Part shown: piece after piece, positions 21,045-31,125 of the stretch
How positions within the stretch are numbered: the stretch's first letter is position 1
How the letters are laid out: every line of letters begins with the position of its first letter
DNA from: Bacteroidota bacterium
GTDB lineage: Bacteria > Bacteroidota > Bacteroidia > Bacteroidales > WCHB1-69
Direction of reading: 5' to 3'
NCBI GenBank assembly: GCA_029570835.1
Contig: JAKPTX010000022.1
Coordinates: 5,056-69,055, forward strand
DNA length: 64,000 nucleotides
Position numbers and translations under genes: made by a program
Notes under the pieces: model-generated
Databases searched by the model: none
Seen by the model: only the letters and a program-made list of their open reading frames with translations
What the model was told of the DNA's origin: nothing

Positions 21045-22085
21045 ATGAAAAAAGCACTGATATCGGGAATTACCGGTCAAGATGGAAGTTATTTAACAGA
21101 ACTATTACTCGAAAAAGGGTACCAAGTTCATGGGATTATTCGTAGATCCAGTTCCTTTAACACCAAAAGAATAGATCATCTATACAATAATCCTGACTTA
21201 TTGGATAAACGCTTCTTTTTGCACTATGGAGATCTGACTGACTCCAGCAATCTCAATCGATTAGTTGAAAAAATTAAACCCGATGAGATTTATAATCTTG
21301 GAGCACAAAGCCATGTCCAAGTCAGCTTTGAAGTTCCGGAGTACACAGCCGAAGTGGATGCAATTGGAACACTTCGCTTTTTAGATGCCATCAGAGAGAC
21401 CGGAATCAATACTCGTTTTTATCAGGCTTCCACTTCAGAACTCTTTGGAATGGCTCAGGAGGTGCCACAAAATGAAAACACTCCGTTCTATCCAAGAAGC
21501 CCGTATGCTGTGGCTAAATTATATGCATACTGGATGGTAGTAAATTACAGGGAAGCCTACAATCTTTTTGCATGCAACGGTATTTTATTCAACCATGAGA
21601 GTGAACGGAGAGGTAAAACTTTCGTAACACGAAAAATTAGTGTAGGTGTGGCCAAAATCATGACCGGACAAATGGATAAACTGTATCTCGGAAACTTAGA
21701 TGCTAAAAGAGACTGGGGCTACGCACCTGAATACGTGGAAGGAATGTGGAGAATACTCCAATCTGACACCCCCCAAGATTTTGTATTGGCAACCGGAGAA
21801 ACTCATACTGTTAGAGAATTTGTAGAGGAAGCTTTCAAAGTTTTGGGTGAAGAGATTGAATGGAAAGGCACGGGAGTGAATGAGGTAGGCATTCTAAAAT
21901 CTATTGGTAAAGAGGTTGTTGCAATCAACCCACGCTACTACAGACCTACAGAGGTGGAACTCCTTCTGGGCGACTACTCGAAAGCTAAAAAACTACTCGG
22001 TTGGGAACCTAAAACCAAGTTTAGCGAGTTGGTTAAAATCATGGTTTTGACTGATTACCATAAATTGAGTTCAACCTATCTGTAA
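21045..22085 (+). CDS. gmd: GDP-mannose 4,6-dehydratase
   Basis: 346 aa. It has the Rossmann motif [23 protein letters not shown], the catalytic [10 protein letters not shown] (YxxxK) and the typical NHESERRG. Confidence 0.9.
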   Translation: MKKALISGITGQDGSYLTELLLEKGYQVHGIIRRSSSFNTKRIDHLYNNPDLLDKRFFLHYGDLTDSSNLNRLVEKIKPDEIYNLGAQSHVQVSFEVPEYTAEVDAIGTLRFLDAIRETGINTRFYQASTSELFGMAQEVPQNENTPFYPRSPYAVAKLYAYWMVVNYREAYNLFACNGILFNHESERRGKTFVTRKISVGVAKIMTGQMDKLYLGNLDAKRDWGYAPEYVEGMWRILQSDTPQDFVLATGETHTVREFVEEAFKVLGEEIEWKGTGVNEVGILKSIGKEVVAINPRYYRPTEVELLLGDYSKAKKLLGWEPKTKFSELVKIMVLTDYHKLSSTYL

Positions 22086-22097
22086 ACTTTTGTCAAT

Positions 22098-23159
22098 ATG
22101 AATTTGAATTCTAAAATCTATGTTGCCGGGCATCTAGGTATGGTCGGTTCTGCAATTGTTAGACAACTGCGGGCTGAGGGGTTTCATAATCTATTATTAA
22201 AAAGTTCCAAAGAAGTAGATTTAACCAATCAGGAGATGACCCATGACCTCATTAGAAAAGAAAAACCGGAGTACATTTTTGTTGCAGCTGCCAAAGTAGG
22301 AGGAATATTAGCTAACAACACTTATCGTGCTCAGTTTATATATGAGAATCTGATGATTCAAAATAACCTGATCCACGCGGCAAAACTCAACAACACCAAG
22401 AAACTCCTCTTTCTAGGAAGCAGCTGTATCTACCCCAAAGAAGCCCCACAACCCATACGAGAAGAGGCCTTGCTAACCGGTCTTTTAGAATACACTAATG
22501 AACCCTACGCTATTGCCAAGATTGCCGGGATAAAAATGTGTGAAAGCTACTATCACCAATACGGTTGCGATTTTATTTCTGTGATGCCCACCAATCTGTA
22601 TGGAGAAAATGATAATTATGATTTGGAAACATCACACGTTTTACCGGCCATGATACGCAAAATGCATCTTGGGAAACTACTCTTTAATGATGACTGGGCT
22701 GGAATATACAAAGATCTCAAAGCACATCCTATGGAGACTCTTAACGATCAAATGAGTCAAGAAGAGATTAAAATACAACTAAGTCGGTATGGATTAGAAT
22801 CGGATAAAATTACACTCTGGGGAACCGGTCAGGTGTATCGCGAATTTCTTCACGTGGATGACATGGCCAGAGGTGTAATTCATATCATGAAACATGTTTC
22901 CGCCGATCAGCTTTACAAAGAAAAAAAGATCTCGCACATTAACATAGGTACAGGTATTGATCTAACCATCAAAGAATTAGCAGAATTAATTCAACAAATT
23001 ACCGATTATAAAGGCGAAATTGTATGGGATCATTCAAAACCTGATGGAACTTACAAAAAACAATTGGATATCACGCGGTTAAAAGAGTTTGATTTTACTC
23101 CTGCCATCTCCTTGGAAGAAGGAATTCGCCGTGTTTATCAACAATATACTCAGGATTAA
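22098..23159 (+). CDS. fcl: GDP-L-fucose synthase (GDP-4-keto-6-deoxymannose epimerase/reductase)
   Basis: 353 aa short-chain dehydrogenase/epimerase fold (VAGHLGMVGSAIVRQL, PYAIAKIAG). It lies immediately downstream of gmd. Confidence 0.85.
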   Translation: MNLNSKIYVAGHLGMVGSAIVRQLRAEGFHNLLLKSSKEVDLTNQEMTHDLIRKEKPEYIFVAAAKVGGILANNTYRAQFIYENLMIQNNLIHAAKLNNTKKLLFLGSSCIYPKEAPQPIREEALLTGLLEYTNEPYAIAKIAGIKMCESYYHQYGCDFISVMPTNLYGENDNYDLETSHVLPAMIRKMHLGKLLFNDDWAGIYKDLKAHPMETLNDQMSQEEIKIQLSRYGLESDKITLWGTGQVYREFLHVDDMARGVIHIMKHVSADQLYKEKKISHINIGTGIDLTIKELAELIQQITDYKGEIVWDHSKPDGTYKKQLDITRLKEFDFTPAISLEEGIRRVYQQYTQD

Positions 23160-23162
23160 CTT

Positions 23163-23702
23163 CTACACAGTTTGTCGCTCCATTTTTTGAATCAGAGACC
23201 AGATCACTACCCCACCGGCAATGGTCACATTGAGCGAATGTTTGGTTCCGTATTGTGGAATCTCCAATGCACCATCTACCAAAGACAACAGCGCATCATT
23301 AACCCCAAACACCTCATTACCTAATATAATCGCTATTTTTTTATCTTTATTAGGTTCAAAATGATTTAAAAAGAGGGGGGTATCTGTCTGCTCGACAATA
23401 TAAACCAGAAATTGCTCCTCTTTGAGTCTCTTCACCAAATCCACGACACTCTTTTCGTACGACCAGGAAACCGATTCCGTAGCTCCAAGTGCAGTTTTAT
23501 GAATCTCTTTATGGGGAGGTTGGCCGGTGATTCCACACAGATAGAGATGTTCAACCGCAAAAGCGTCAGCAGTTCTGAAAAGAGAGCCCACATTATTCAT
23601 ACTCCGAATATCATCCAGAATAAGTACCAAAGGGAACTTTGCCTCATCCTGAAATTCAGATACTGAAACGCGATTGAGTTGATCCATCGAGAGTTTTTTC
23701 AT
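23163..23702 (-). CDS. TrmH/SpoU-family RNA 2'-O-methyltransferase
   Basis: 179 aa with SpoU motifs NVGSLFRTADAF, ILGNEVFGVND and IPQYGTKHSLNVTIAGGVVIW. Confidence 0.8.
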   Translation of the reverse strand: MKKLSMDQLNRVSVSEFQDEAKFPLVLILDDIRSMNNVGSLFRTADAFAVEHLYLCGITGQPPHKEIHKTALGATESVSWSYEKSVVDLVKRLKEEQFLVYIVEQTDTPLFLNHFEPNKDKKIAIILGNEVFGVNDALLSLVDGALEIPQYGTKHSLNVTIAGGVVIWSLIQKMERQTV

Positions 23703-23723
23703 AAAATCACCGTTTTAAAAAAG

Positions 23724-23731
23724 CAAAAGTA
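23724..23731 (-). promoter_or_regulatory. -7 box (TACTTTTG on minus strand) for the trmH-family gene
   Basis: Plus-strand CAAAAGTA, 22 nt upstream of the ATG at 23702. Confidence 0.45.
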
Positions 23732-23795
23732 GAGAAAATTTAGAGATTAATGTTAAATTTATGAAAAAAAAGAGTTTCGTTACTGTAAAAATTTG

Positions 23796-23803
23796 TATCT
23801 TTG
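23796..23803 (+). promoter_or_regulatory. -7 box TATCTTTG for atpH-A-G
   Basis: 23 nt upstream of the atpH ATG at 23826. Confidence 0.5.
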
Positions 23804-23825
23804 CGCGCATTTTTAAGACTAAGCA

Positions 23826-24383
23826 ATGAAGAATCCCAAATTAGCAACACGCTATGCACAAGCCTTGTTCGATTTCGCCAAAGAACAGTCTCAAATCGAA
23901 GAGGTTTTTAAAGATGTTCAACTCATTATCAATGTTTTAAAAGAAACGAAAGATCTGCGAGTGTTAATAGATTCACCACATGTTTCACTATCTAAGAAAA
24001 GCGATCTTTTTAATTCTATCTTTTCAGGAAAGATTACAGAAACCTCCTTCACTTTCCTGTTATTGATTATCAAAAAACGCAGAATTCCTGAGATCTTTAC
24101 GATTTTGGAACAGTTTATCAGAATCTACCACCAACACCATAACATTAAAGTGGCAAAACTAACTTTTGCGAAAGAGATTTCCTCCCCCTTAGTTGATCAA
24201 ATTAAAAAATTACTGGAAGAGGAATTCAGATGTAACATCATCATGGATATTTCCATAGATCCAAAAATTATTGGAGGTGTAGTGATCAAAGTAGATGATG
24301 TTTTAGTAGATGCTTCCATCTCCTCAAAAATCAGACGATTAAGAACAGAATTTTCACAAAATATATACAAAGTATCCTTTTAA
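23826..24383 (+). CDS. atpH: F0F1 ATP synthase subunit delta (OSCP)
   Basis: 185 aa. The OSCP-like N-terminus is LATRYAQALFDFA and the C-terminus is IDPKIIGGVVIKVDDVLVDASISSKI. It is followed directly by atpA. Confidence 0.8.
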   Translation: MKNPKLATRYAQALFDFAKEQSQIEEVFKDVQLIINVLKETKDLRVLIDSPHVSLSKKSDLFNSIFSGKITETSFTFLLLIIKKRRIPEIFTILEQFIRIYHQHHNIKVAKLTFAKEISSPLVDQIKKLLEEEFRCNIIMDISIDPKIIGGVVIKVDDVLVDASISSKIRRLRTEFSQNIYKVSF

Positions 24384-24404
24384 CAGCAAATAACAAATTA
24401 TATA

Positions 24405-25994
24405 ATGGCAGAAATTAAACCTTCAGAAGTAACTGCAATACTTCGTCAACAACTAAAAAACTTTGATGCAAGCACCGAACTTCAGGAAACAGGAACTGTT
24501 CTTGTTGTTGGTGACGGAATTGCACGTGTATACGGATTACAAAATGCTCTTTCGGGAGAGTTGGTAACTTTTGAAAAACCGGAAGGTGATATCACCGGAA
24601 TTGTGTTGAACTTAGAGGAAGATAACGTGGGTGTTGTACTTTTAGGAGATGCAAAATCTCTCAATGAGGGAGACCTTTGTAAGAGAACCGGACGTGTAGC
24701 TTCCATTAAAATTGGTGAAGGCTTGTTAGGTAGAGTTATCAACACTCTGGGAGAACCTATTGACGGAAAGGGAGAAATTAAAGGAGAACTTTATGAGATG
24801 CCAATTGAACGTAAAGCCCCCGGTGTAATCTTCCGTCAACCTGTGAAAGAACCCCTTCAAACAGGAATTAAAGCAATTGATGCGATGATTCCAATCGGCC
24901 GTGGACAACGTGAGTTGATCATTGGTGACCGTCAAACAGGAAAAACAGCGATTGCTATTGACACCATTATTAATCAAAAAGAGTTCTACGACAAAGGAGA
25001 ACCCGTATATTGTATCTACGTTGCTGTAGGACAAAAAGGTTCTTCAGTTGCCAATACCGTAAAAACATTAACTGAAAAAGGTGCCATGCCTTATACAGTG
25101 GTTATCACAGCTACCGCTTCCGATCCGGCAGCAATGCAGTTCTACGCACCCTTTGCCGGTGCAGCTATTGGGGAGTTTTTCCGCGATACCGGAAGACCCG
25201 CACTGATTGTTTATGACGACCTTTCAAAACAAGCTGTAGCTTATCGTGAAGTATCCTTGTTGCTCCGTCGTCCACCCGGTAGAGAAGCTTATCCCGGTGA
25301 CGTATTTTACTTACACTCCAGATTATTGGAAAGAGCTGCTAAAATCATCGAATCTGACGAAATTGCCAGCCAAATGAATGACCTTCCTGAAGTTTTGAAA
25401 CCGATGGTTAAAGGGGGAGGATCATTGACTGCACTGCCCATCATTGAAACACAAGCGGGAGACGTATCAGCTTATATCCCTACCAACGTGATCTCCATTA
25501 CTGACGGACAGATCTTTTTGGAAACCAACCTCTTTAACGCCGGTGTGAGACCTGCGATTAACGTAGGTATATCCGTTTCGCGTGTAGGAGGAAATGCACA
25601 GATTAAATCAATGAAGAAAGTAGCGGGTACATTAAAACTGGATCAAGCACAATATCGTGAGTTGGAAGCATTTGCTAAGTTTGGATCCGATCTGGACCAA
25701 GCTACACAGAATGTTTTGGATAGAGGAGTGAGAAACGTTGAGATTTTGAAACAGGCGCAATATTCACCCATGAAGGTGGAAGAGCAAGTAGCCATTATCT
25801 TCTGCGGAGTAAACTCTTTACTTCAAAAAGTGCCTGTACATAGTATTAAAAACTTCCAGGATAATTACTTATTGGAACTCAATGAAAAACATCCTGAAGT
25901 ACTGGAATCTATCAAAAAAGGTATTATTGATAATAATATAACATCCGTATTGGAAAAAGTTTGTATAGAAATAGCAAAACAGTACGAAGTATAG
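24405..25994 (+). CDS. atpA: F0F1 ATP synthase subunit alpha
   Basis: 529 aa with Walker [36 protein letters not shown] is a near-invariant alpha-subunit block. Confidence 0.95.
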   Translation: MAEIKPSEVTAILRQQLKNFDASTELQETGTVLVVGDGIARVYGLQNALSGELVTFEKPEGDITGIVLNLEEDNVGVVLLGDAKSLNEGDLCKRTGRVASIKIGEGLLGRVINTLGEPIDGKGEIKGELYEMPIERKAPGVIFRQPVKEPLQTGIKAIDAMIPIGRGQRELIIGDRQTGKTAIAIDTIINQKEFYDKGEPVYCIYVAVGQKGSSVANTVKTLTEKGAMPYTVVITATASDPAAMQFYAPFAGAAIGEFFRDTGRPALIVYDDLSKQAVAYREVSLLLRRPPGREAYPGDVFYLHSRLLERAAKIIESDEIASQMNDLPEVLKPMVKGGGSLTALPIIETQAGDVSAYIPTNVISITDGQIFLETNLFNAGVRPAINVGISVSRVGGNAQIKSMKKVAGTLKLDQAQYRELEAFAKFGSDLDQATQNVLDRGVRNVEILKQAQYSPMKVEEQVAIIFCGVNSLLQKVPVHSIKNFQDNYLLELNEKHPEVLESIKKGIIDNNITSVLEKVCIEIAKQYEV

Positions 25995-26020
25995 TACCGG
26001 AGTCAACGAATTAAAAGATT

Positions 26021-26902
26021 ATGGCTAGTTTAAAAGAGATTAGAAATAGAATCGGCTCGGTTCAATCGACACAAAAAATTACCGGTGCGATGAAACTGGT
26101 ATCGGCTGCTAAGTTGAGAAGGGCGCAAAATAGTATTATCGGATTGAGACCTTACTCCAATAAGCTGAATGAAATTTTATCCAATATTTCTAGTTCCATT
26201 CCTAACAAATCTGAAATGCCTCTCTTTATGCAAAGAGATCCTAATAAAATTTTATTAATTGTCATTACTTCTAACAGAGGTTTATGCGGTAGTTTTAACT
26301 CTTCCATTACAAAAGAAACACAACGCTATATCGAAGAAAACTACCCGGAACAACTAGGAAATGAAAATATTGATCTAATCTGTATCGGAAAAAAGGGAAA
26401 AGAGCAATTGGAGAAAAAATACAATGTAGTTGGTCACTATGAAACCTTTATAGAAAAAACGCAATTTCATCCTATTGCTGAGTTTGCTGAAACCTTAATG
26501 GATTATTATATCAATCGTGATTATGATCGCATTGAGATCATCTATAACAGATTTGTTAATCCAGCTGTTCAGAAAATCGAAATCGAACAATATTTACCGA
26601 TTGAAGAAGAAAGTGTAGAAGAGAATCAAAATACTCTAGGCATAGATTATATTTATGAACCTTCCAGAGCTGAGTTGTTAGAACTATTAGTTCCTAAAAT
26701 CTTAAAAACTCAACTATTCAAAACAATATTAGATTCCGTTGCTTCTGAGCATGGTGCAAGAATGACTGCTATGTCCAAAGCAACAGACAATGCAATAGAG
26801 CTATTGAGAGACCTTAAATTGGCTTATAACAATGCTCGTCAGGCAGCTATTACCAACGAATTGAACGAAATTGTTAGTGGTGCGGAGGCATTGAAAGGAT
26901 AA
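26021..26902 (+). CDS. atpG: F0F1 ATP synthase subunit gamma
   Basis: 293 aa. The N-terminus is LKEIRNRIGSVQSTQKITGAMKLVSAAKLRRAQ and the C-terminus is ARQAAITNELNEIVSGAEAL. Confidence 0.9.
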   Translation: MASLKEIRNRIGSVQSTQKITGAMKLVSAAKLRRAQNSIIGLRPYSNKLNEILSNISSSIPNKSEMPLFMQRDPNKILLIVITSNRGLCGSFNSSITKETQRYIEENYPEQLGNENIDLICIGKKGKEQLEKKYNVVGHYETFIEKTQFHPIAEFAETLMDYYINRDYDRIEIIYNRFVNPAVQKIEIEQYLPIEEESVEENQNTLGIDYIYEPSRAELLELLVPKILKTQLFKTILDSVASEHGARMTAMSKATDNAIELLRDLKLAYNNARQAAITNELNEIVSGAEALKG

Positions 26903-26914
26903 AAAGCCAAACAT

Positions 26915-26954
26915 AAAAAAAAGCGGTTTTTGAATCAAAAACCGCTTTTTTTTT
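26915..26954. terminator. Bidirectional rho-independent terminator between atpG and tRNA-Pro
   Basis: A perfect 10-bp stem GCGGTTTTTG/CAAAAACCGC (26923-26932 / 26936-26945) with a 3-nt loop. It is flanked by an A8 run upstream and a T9 run downstream, so it gives a U-tract on either strand. Confidence 0.8.
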
Positions 26955-26955
26955 G

Positions 26956-27029
26956 TCGGGGTGAGAAGACTCGAACTTCCGACCACTAGTACCCCATACT
27001 AGTACGCTAGCCAACTGCGCCACACCCCG
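26956..27029 (-). tRNA. tRNA-Pro (anticodon GGG)
   Basis: Hand-folded 74-nt cloverleaf. The acceptor is CGGGGTG/CACCCCG plus discriminator A, and the D-arm is GCGC-AGTTGGCTA-GCGT. The anticodon arm CTAGT-ATGGGGT-ACTAG has T33 and GGG at 34-36. The T-arm is GGAAG-TTCGAGT-CTTCT. No encoded CCA. Confidence 0.85.
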
Positions 27030-27177
27030 AAATATGAGAGTGCAAAAATACAAATAATTATTGATATTATAACTAATTTTTACTTTTTTTTATTTGTAGC
27101 TTCACTTTTATAATTATTCTCCTCAAAAAAGGCACCATTTTCTGTAAATATATTTAAAAACTTTCCGAAAAAAATCT

Positions 27178-27185
27178 TATATTTG
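27178..27185 (+). promoter_or_regulatory. -7 box TATATTTG
   Basis: 63 nt upstream of the ATG at 27248. Confidence 0.4.
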
Positions 27186-27247
27186 CCGATTTGTATCAAC
27201 TCACTTATTTTTGAAATTTATTCATTAAAAATATAATTAATCAATTT

Positions 27248-29308
27248 ATGAAACCATATCTATTAGCTATTATTATGCTGTCCCTAGTAACATCTCATAC
27301 TATGGCCGATACCAATTCGGATTTTGTATCAGACAAAACAATCTCTAACACGCTTTCAAAAATCTACAAAAAGAGCGAGATTTCGAACAAGATTGTGGAA
27401 AGAGGCGTTAGACAAGTTGCTAAATTGTGGCAACCTTCCGATGGTACCAATGAGGATTTTTTGAACCTTTGTGAAACTTATTCTTGTAGAACCAAAGAGG
27501 ATAAGCAGAAGTTATTCGAAAGAATTGAAGCTCATTTTGAAACTATCTTGGGTTACAACAATCTCATTTCCATGCAATTACTCAGACCAACTCATGTGGT
27601 CGGATATGAGAATCTCAAGATTGATGACATTTTTAGTGCTTATAATCCAAATGCCAACTTCAATGACGACATGTTTAAAAATAAGATTGCATTTATTGTA
27701 ATCTTAAATTTTCCTTACTATACACTGGAGGAAAAAATGGCAAATGGAGATAAGTGGACAGAGCAAGAGTGGGGCTATGTCAGATTGGGAGACATCTTTA
27801 CCTCTCGCGTAACTGCAGAAATCAACCAACAGATCAATACAGCTACCGCGCAAGCCGACAACTATATTTCCAATTACAACATCCCCATGGGAAAACTGTT
27901 GGGACCTCAATTCGTACGTTATTGGCCATGGGATATGAAATTGATCTCTCATTGGGGACTACGTGACGAAATTAAAGCACAATATGCTGCCAGCGATGGA
28001 TATGAAAAGCAAAAACTAATCTATCATACTATGCTGCATATTATAAAACAGGATGTTCCGGTTGAGTTATTTGAAACTAACGATTATTTGTGGCACTCCC
28101 CATCCAATGGAATCTACCTCGGTGAAATTGAAGTGGTTGGAACTCCTGATAAAAATTTACGTTATCAACATCTTTTGAATATTTTTCAAGCAATGAAAAA
28201 TAGCGACCCTTACTATCCCAACTATAAAAACTATGTTGAACGAAAATTTAATACTGATTTAGAGATCCCTGTTGAAGAAGTTGAAAAGCTTTTCACTACC
28301 CTGATCACCTCCCCTCAAGTAAAGGAAGTGGCGCAAATGATCTCCAAAAGATTGGGACGCAAATTACAACCTTTTGACATCTGGTATGATGGATTTAAAA
28401 CAAGAAGTAATTATGATCCGGCTTATCTGGATAGTATCACAAAAAGTAAATATCCTACCCATAAAGCATTTGAGAAAGATCTCCCCAACATCCTTATGAA
28501 ACTGGGCTATAGCGCTGAAAGAGCAAAAGAGATCTGTTCACACATTACAGTAGATCCTTCCGTAGGTGCCGGTCATGCCTGGGGTGCAGAAATGAAATCT
28601 GCTCATTCTTTGCTGAGAACTCGCGTATCCCAAAGCGGAATGGATTACAAGGGGTACAATATTGGAGTTCACGAATTTGGACACAATGTTGAGCAAACCA
28701 TTTCTCTTCATGATGTGCATAACTACTTCCTACATGGTGTTCCCAACACAGCATTTACCGAAGCATTGGCATTTACTTTCCAGGGAAAAGACCTGGAACT
28801 CTTAGGAATCCCAAGTGATGACCCCTTAACAGAAGCACTCAACACCTTAGATCTTTTCTGGGGTTGTTATGAGATTATGGGTGTATCTCTTGTTGATATT
28901 AAAGTTTGGCAATGGATGTATAGTCATCCTTATGCCAATGCCAACGAATTGAAAGATGCTGTAATTCAAATTGCAAAAGATGTATGGAATCAATACTACG
29001 CTCCTGTTTTTGGGACTAAAGATATTCCAATTCTGGCTATTTATTCTCACATGATTGATGCCCCACTTTACCTTTCTGCTTATCCTATCGGACATATCAT
29101 TGATTTTCAATTGGAAACTTACCTTAAAGGGAAAGATTTGGCTCAAGAGATCGATCGTATATTCGCCATTGGTCGCCTTACTCCGGACCTTTGGATGCAA
29201 AAAGCTGTGGGAGAAAAAGTATCCGTTCAACCTTTGATTACTGCGACCGGAGAAGCTGTTGCACAAATCAAAGAGGGGGAAAAAGCAAAGAAGAAAAGTA
29301 AAAGATAA
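27248..29308 (+). CDS. Secreted putative gluzincin-type zinc metallopeptidase (HEXXH); family unresolved
   Basis: 686 aa with signal peptide MKPYLLAIIMLSLVTSHTMA. A single HEFGH motif (VHEFGHNVEQ) has a downstream Glu candidate (TEALAF). I recognise no further family signature. Confidence 0.45.
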   Translation: MKPYLLAIIMLSLVTSHTMADTNSDFVSDKTISNTLSKIYKKSEISNKIVERGVRQVAKLWQPSDGTNEDFLNLCETYSCRTKEDKQKLFERIEAHFETILGYNNLISMQLLRPTHVVGYENLKIDDIFSAYNPNANFNDDMFKNKIAFIVILNFPYYTLEEKMANGDKWTEQEWGYVRLGDIFTSRVTAEINQQINTATAQADNYISNYNIPMGKLLGPQFVRYWPWDMKLISHWGLRDEIKAQYAASDGYEKQKLIYHTMLHIIKQDVPVELFETNDYLWHSPSNGIYLGEIEVVGTPDKNLRYQHLLNIFQAMKNSDPYYPNYKNYVERKFNTDLEIPVEEVEKLFTTLITSPQVKEVAQMISKRLGRKLQPFDIWYDGFKTRSNYDPAYLDSITKSKYPTHKAFEKDLPNILMKLGYSAERAKEICSHITVDPSVGAGHAWGAEMKSAHSLLRTRVSQSGMDYKGYNIGVHEFGHNVEQTISLHDVHNYFLHGVPNTAFTEALAFTFQGKDLELLGIPSDDPLTEALNTLDLFWGCYEIMGVSLVDIKVWQWMYSHPYANANELKDAVIQIAKDVWNQYYAPVFGTKDIPILAIYSHMIDAPLYLSAYPIGHIIDFQLETYLKGKDLAQEIDRIFAIGRLTPDLWMQKAVGEKVSVQPLITATGEAVAQIKEGEKAKKKSKR

Positions 29309-29340
29309 AAAAAATCAAAAATACTTATAATTGATTTCTC

Positions 29341-30126
29341 ATGCATGATAAATTAAGCATCGCTAAAAATTGGCTTCCTCGTTACACCGGAACTCGGGTT
29401 GAAGATTTCGGTAAGTACGTTATTTTAACCAATTTTAGAGACTATGTTACCCAATTCACTCAAATGATGGATGTTCCACTTTGTGGTGAATTATTACCCA
29501 TGCAAAGTGCTACTAAAGATAACATCACAATCGTCAACTTCTCAATGGGAAGTCCAATGGCTGCTACAGTAATGGACCTATTGATTGCCGTTGAACCCAA
29601 AGCGGTTCTCTTTCTAGGAAAAACAGGAGGCTTAAAACCCTACATCGGAGTAGGTGAACTCCTGCTTCCTATTGCAGCCATCCGTGGAGAAGGAACCTCT
29701 AACGACTACTTTCCTCCTGAAGTACCGGCACTACCTGCTTTTAACTTACAAAAAGCAATCTCAACGGCTATTCGGGATGCCGGAAGAGATTATTGGACCG
29801 GAACCGTTTATACTACCAACCGTCGCCTCTGGGAATATGACGAAGAGTTTAAAGAATACCTCAGAAGAATTAGAGCTACCGCTATCGATATGGAAACTGC
29901 AACACTCTTTTCTGTCGGGTTTTCAAACAGAATCCCAACCGGTGCACTACTTTTAATATCCGACCAGCCCATGAATATTGACGGTATTAAAACTGAAGAG
30001 AGTGATCAATATGTTACGAGGAATTTTACTGAAGATCATCTAAAAATTGGAATTGAAGCACTCAAAATGCTGATTAATAAGGGTTTAACCGTTAAACACT
30101 TGAAGTTTGACTATTACGATTTTTAA
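29341..30126 (+). CDS. Nucleoside phosphorylase family-1 protein (short AMP-nucleosidase-like)
   Basis: 261 aa with a PNP_UDP_1-type core (VNFSMGSPMAATVMDLL, FLGKTGGL, AIDMETATLF). Its size and sequence resemble the short AMP nucleosidases of Bacteroidota. Confidence 0.65.
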   Translation: MHDKLSIAKNWLPRYTGTRVEDFGKYVILTNFRDYVTQFTQMMDVPLCGELLPMQSATKDNITIVNFSMGSPMAATVMDLLIAVEPKAVLFLGKTGGLKPYIGVGELLLPIAAIRGEGTSNDYFPPEVPALPAFNLQKAISTAIRDAGRDYWTGTVYTTNRRLWEYDEEFKEYLRRIRATAIDMETATLFSVGFSNRIPTGALLLISDQPMNIDGIKTEESDQYVTRNFTEDHLKIGIEALKMLINKGLTVKHLKFDYYDF

Positions 30127-30128
30127 CC

Positions 30129-31118
30129 ATGACTTTTGAACAAATTATTAAACAATTAGAATCTCATCAATATGCTCCTGTCTACCTTTTACAAGGCGGA
30201 GAACCTTTCTATATTGACCTGATATCCGACCATATTGAAAATCACGCGATTGAAAAAGATCAGCAAGATTTCAACCAATGGATTGTTTATGGAAAGGATA
30301 CTTACGTCGATGAGATTCTTGCTAATGTTAAAATGTTCCCTTTTGGAGCCCCAAAAAGAGTAGTTATTGTTAAAGAAGCGCAAGATCTTTCAAAAATAAA
30401 CGGATTGACCCCCTATATTGAGAATCCCTCTCCTTCCTCTATTCTGGTTCTTTGCCATAAGTATAAAGACGCACCGGCCTCTCTATCCAAAATAGTGGAT
30501 AAACATGGGGTGCTCTTTAATTCCAAAAAGATCTCAGATTATATGGTTCCTAAATGGATTGCGGATAGAGTGAAGTTTTACCAATTTAGAATCACTGATC
30601 ATGCAACCAATATTCTGGCAGAACATATAGGGAATGATCTCTCAACTATTGATAACCAGTTGAGAAAGCTAAAAATCATCCTCCCCCCTGGTAGTGAAAT
30701 TACACCACAAATAATAGAGCAACACATAGGAATCAGCAAAGAATACAATATTTTTGAACTGCAAGATGCTTTAGCTAGGCGAAATAAAGCTCGGGTGTAT
30801 CAAATTATGTTTAATTTTTGTAATCACTTTGACACCAATCCTAACCCTAAAACCATCAATAGTTTGACCTCTTTTTATCTGAAAATGTTGGCTTATAATC
30901 TTTCGGATAAATCGAAAGCTGCGGCTAAAACAATCTACACAACCAATAGTGATTGGGCTTTAAACAAAAATATACAGCAAGCCAATTCTTTCTCTATTGC
31001 CGAATTACAGAGAAATATAGCTATTCTAAGAGAATATGATGCCAAATCTAAAGGAGTGGAGAGTGCAACCGCTCAAGAAGAGTTGTTGAAAGAGATGATA
31101 TTTAAAATCTGTGGATAA
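30129..31118 (+). CDS. holA: DNA polymerase III subunit delta
   Basis: 329 aa. The N-terminus APVYLLQGGEPFYID is typical of HolA, and length and helical C-terminal domain are consistent. Confidence 0.75.
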   Translation: MTFEQIIKQLESHQYAPVYLLQGGEPFYIDLISDHIENHAIEKDQQDFNQWIVYGKDTYVDEILANVKMFPFGAPKRVVIVKEAQDLSKINGLTPYIENPSPSSILVLCHKYKDAPASLSKIVDKHGVLFNSKKISDYMVPKWIADRVKFYQFRITDHATNILAEHIGNDLSTIDNQLRKLKIILPPGSEITPQIIEQHIGISKEYNIFELQDALARRNKARVYQIMFNFCNHFDTNPNPKTINSLTSFYLKMLAYNLSDKSKAAAKTIYTTNSDWALNKNIQQANSFSIAELQRNIAILREYDAKSKGVESATAQEELLKEMIFKICG

Positions 31119-31125
31119 TCGTACA

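Noticed and set aside
26956-27247. tRNA-Pro as an integration hotspot with an adjacent island
   Set aside because: There is no integrase, no direct repeat of the tRNA 3' end, and both flanks are ordinary genes (atpG and the secreted HEXXH protein).
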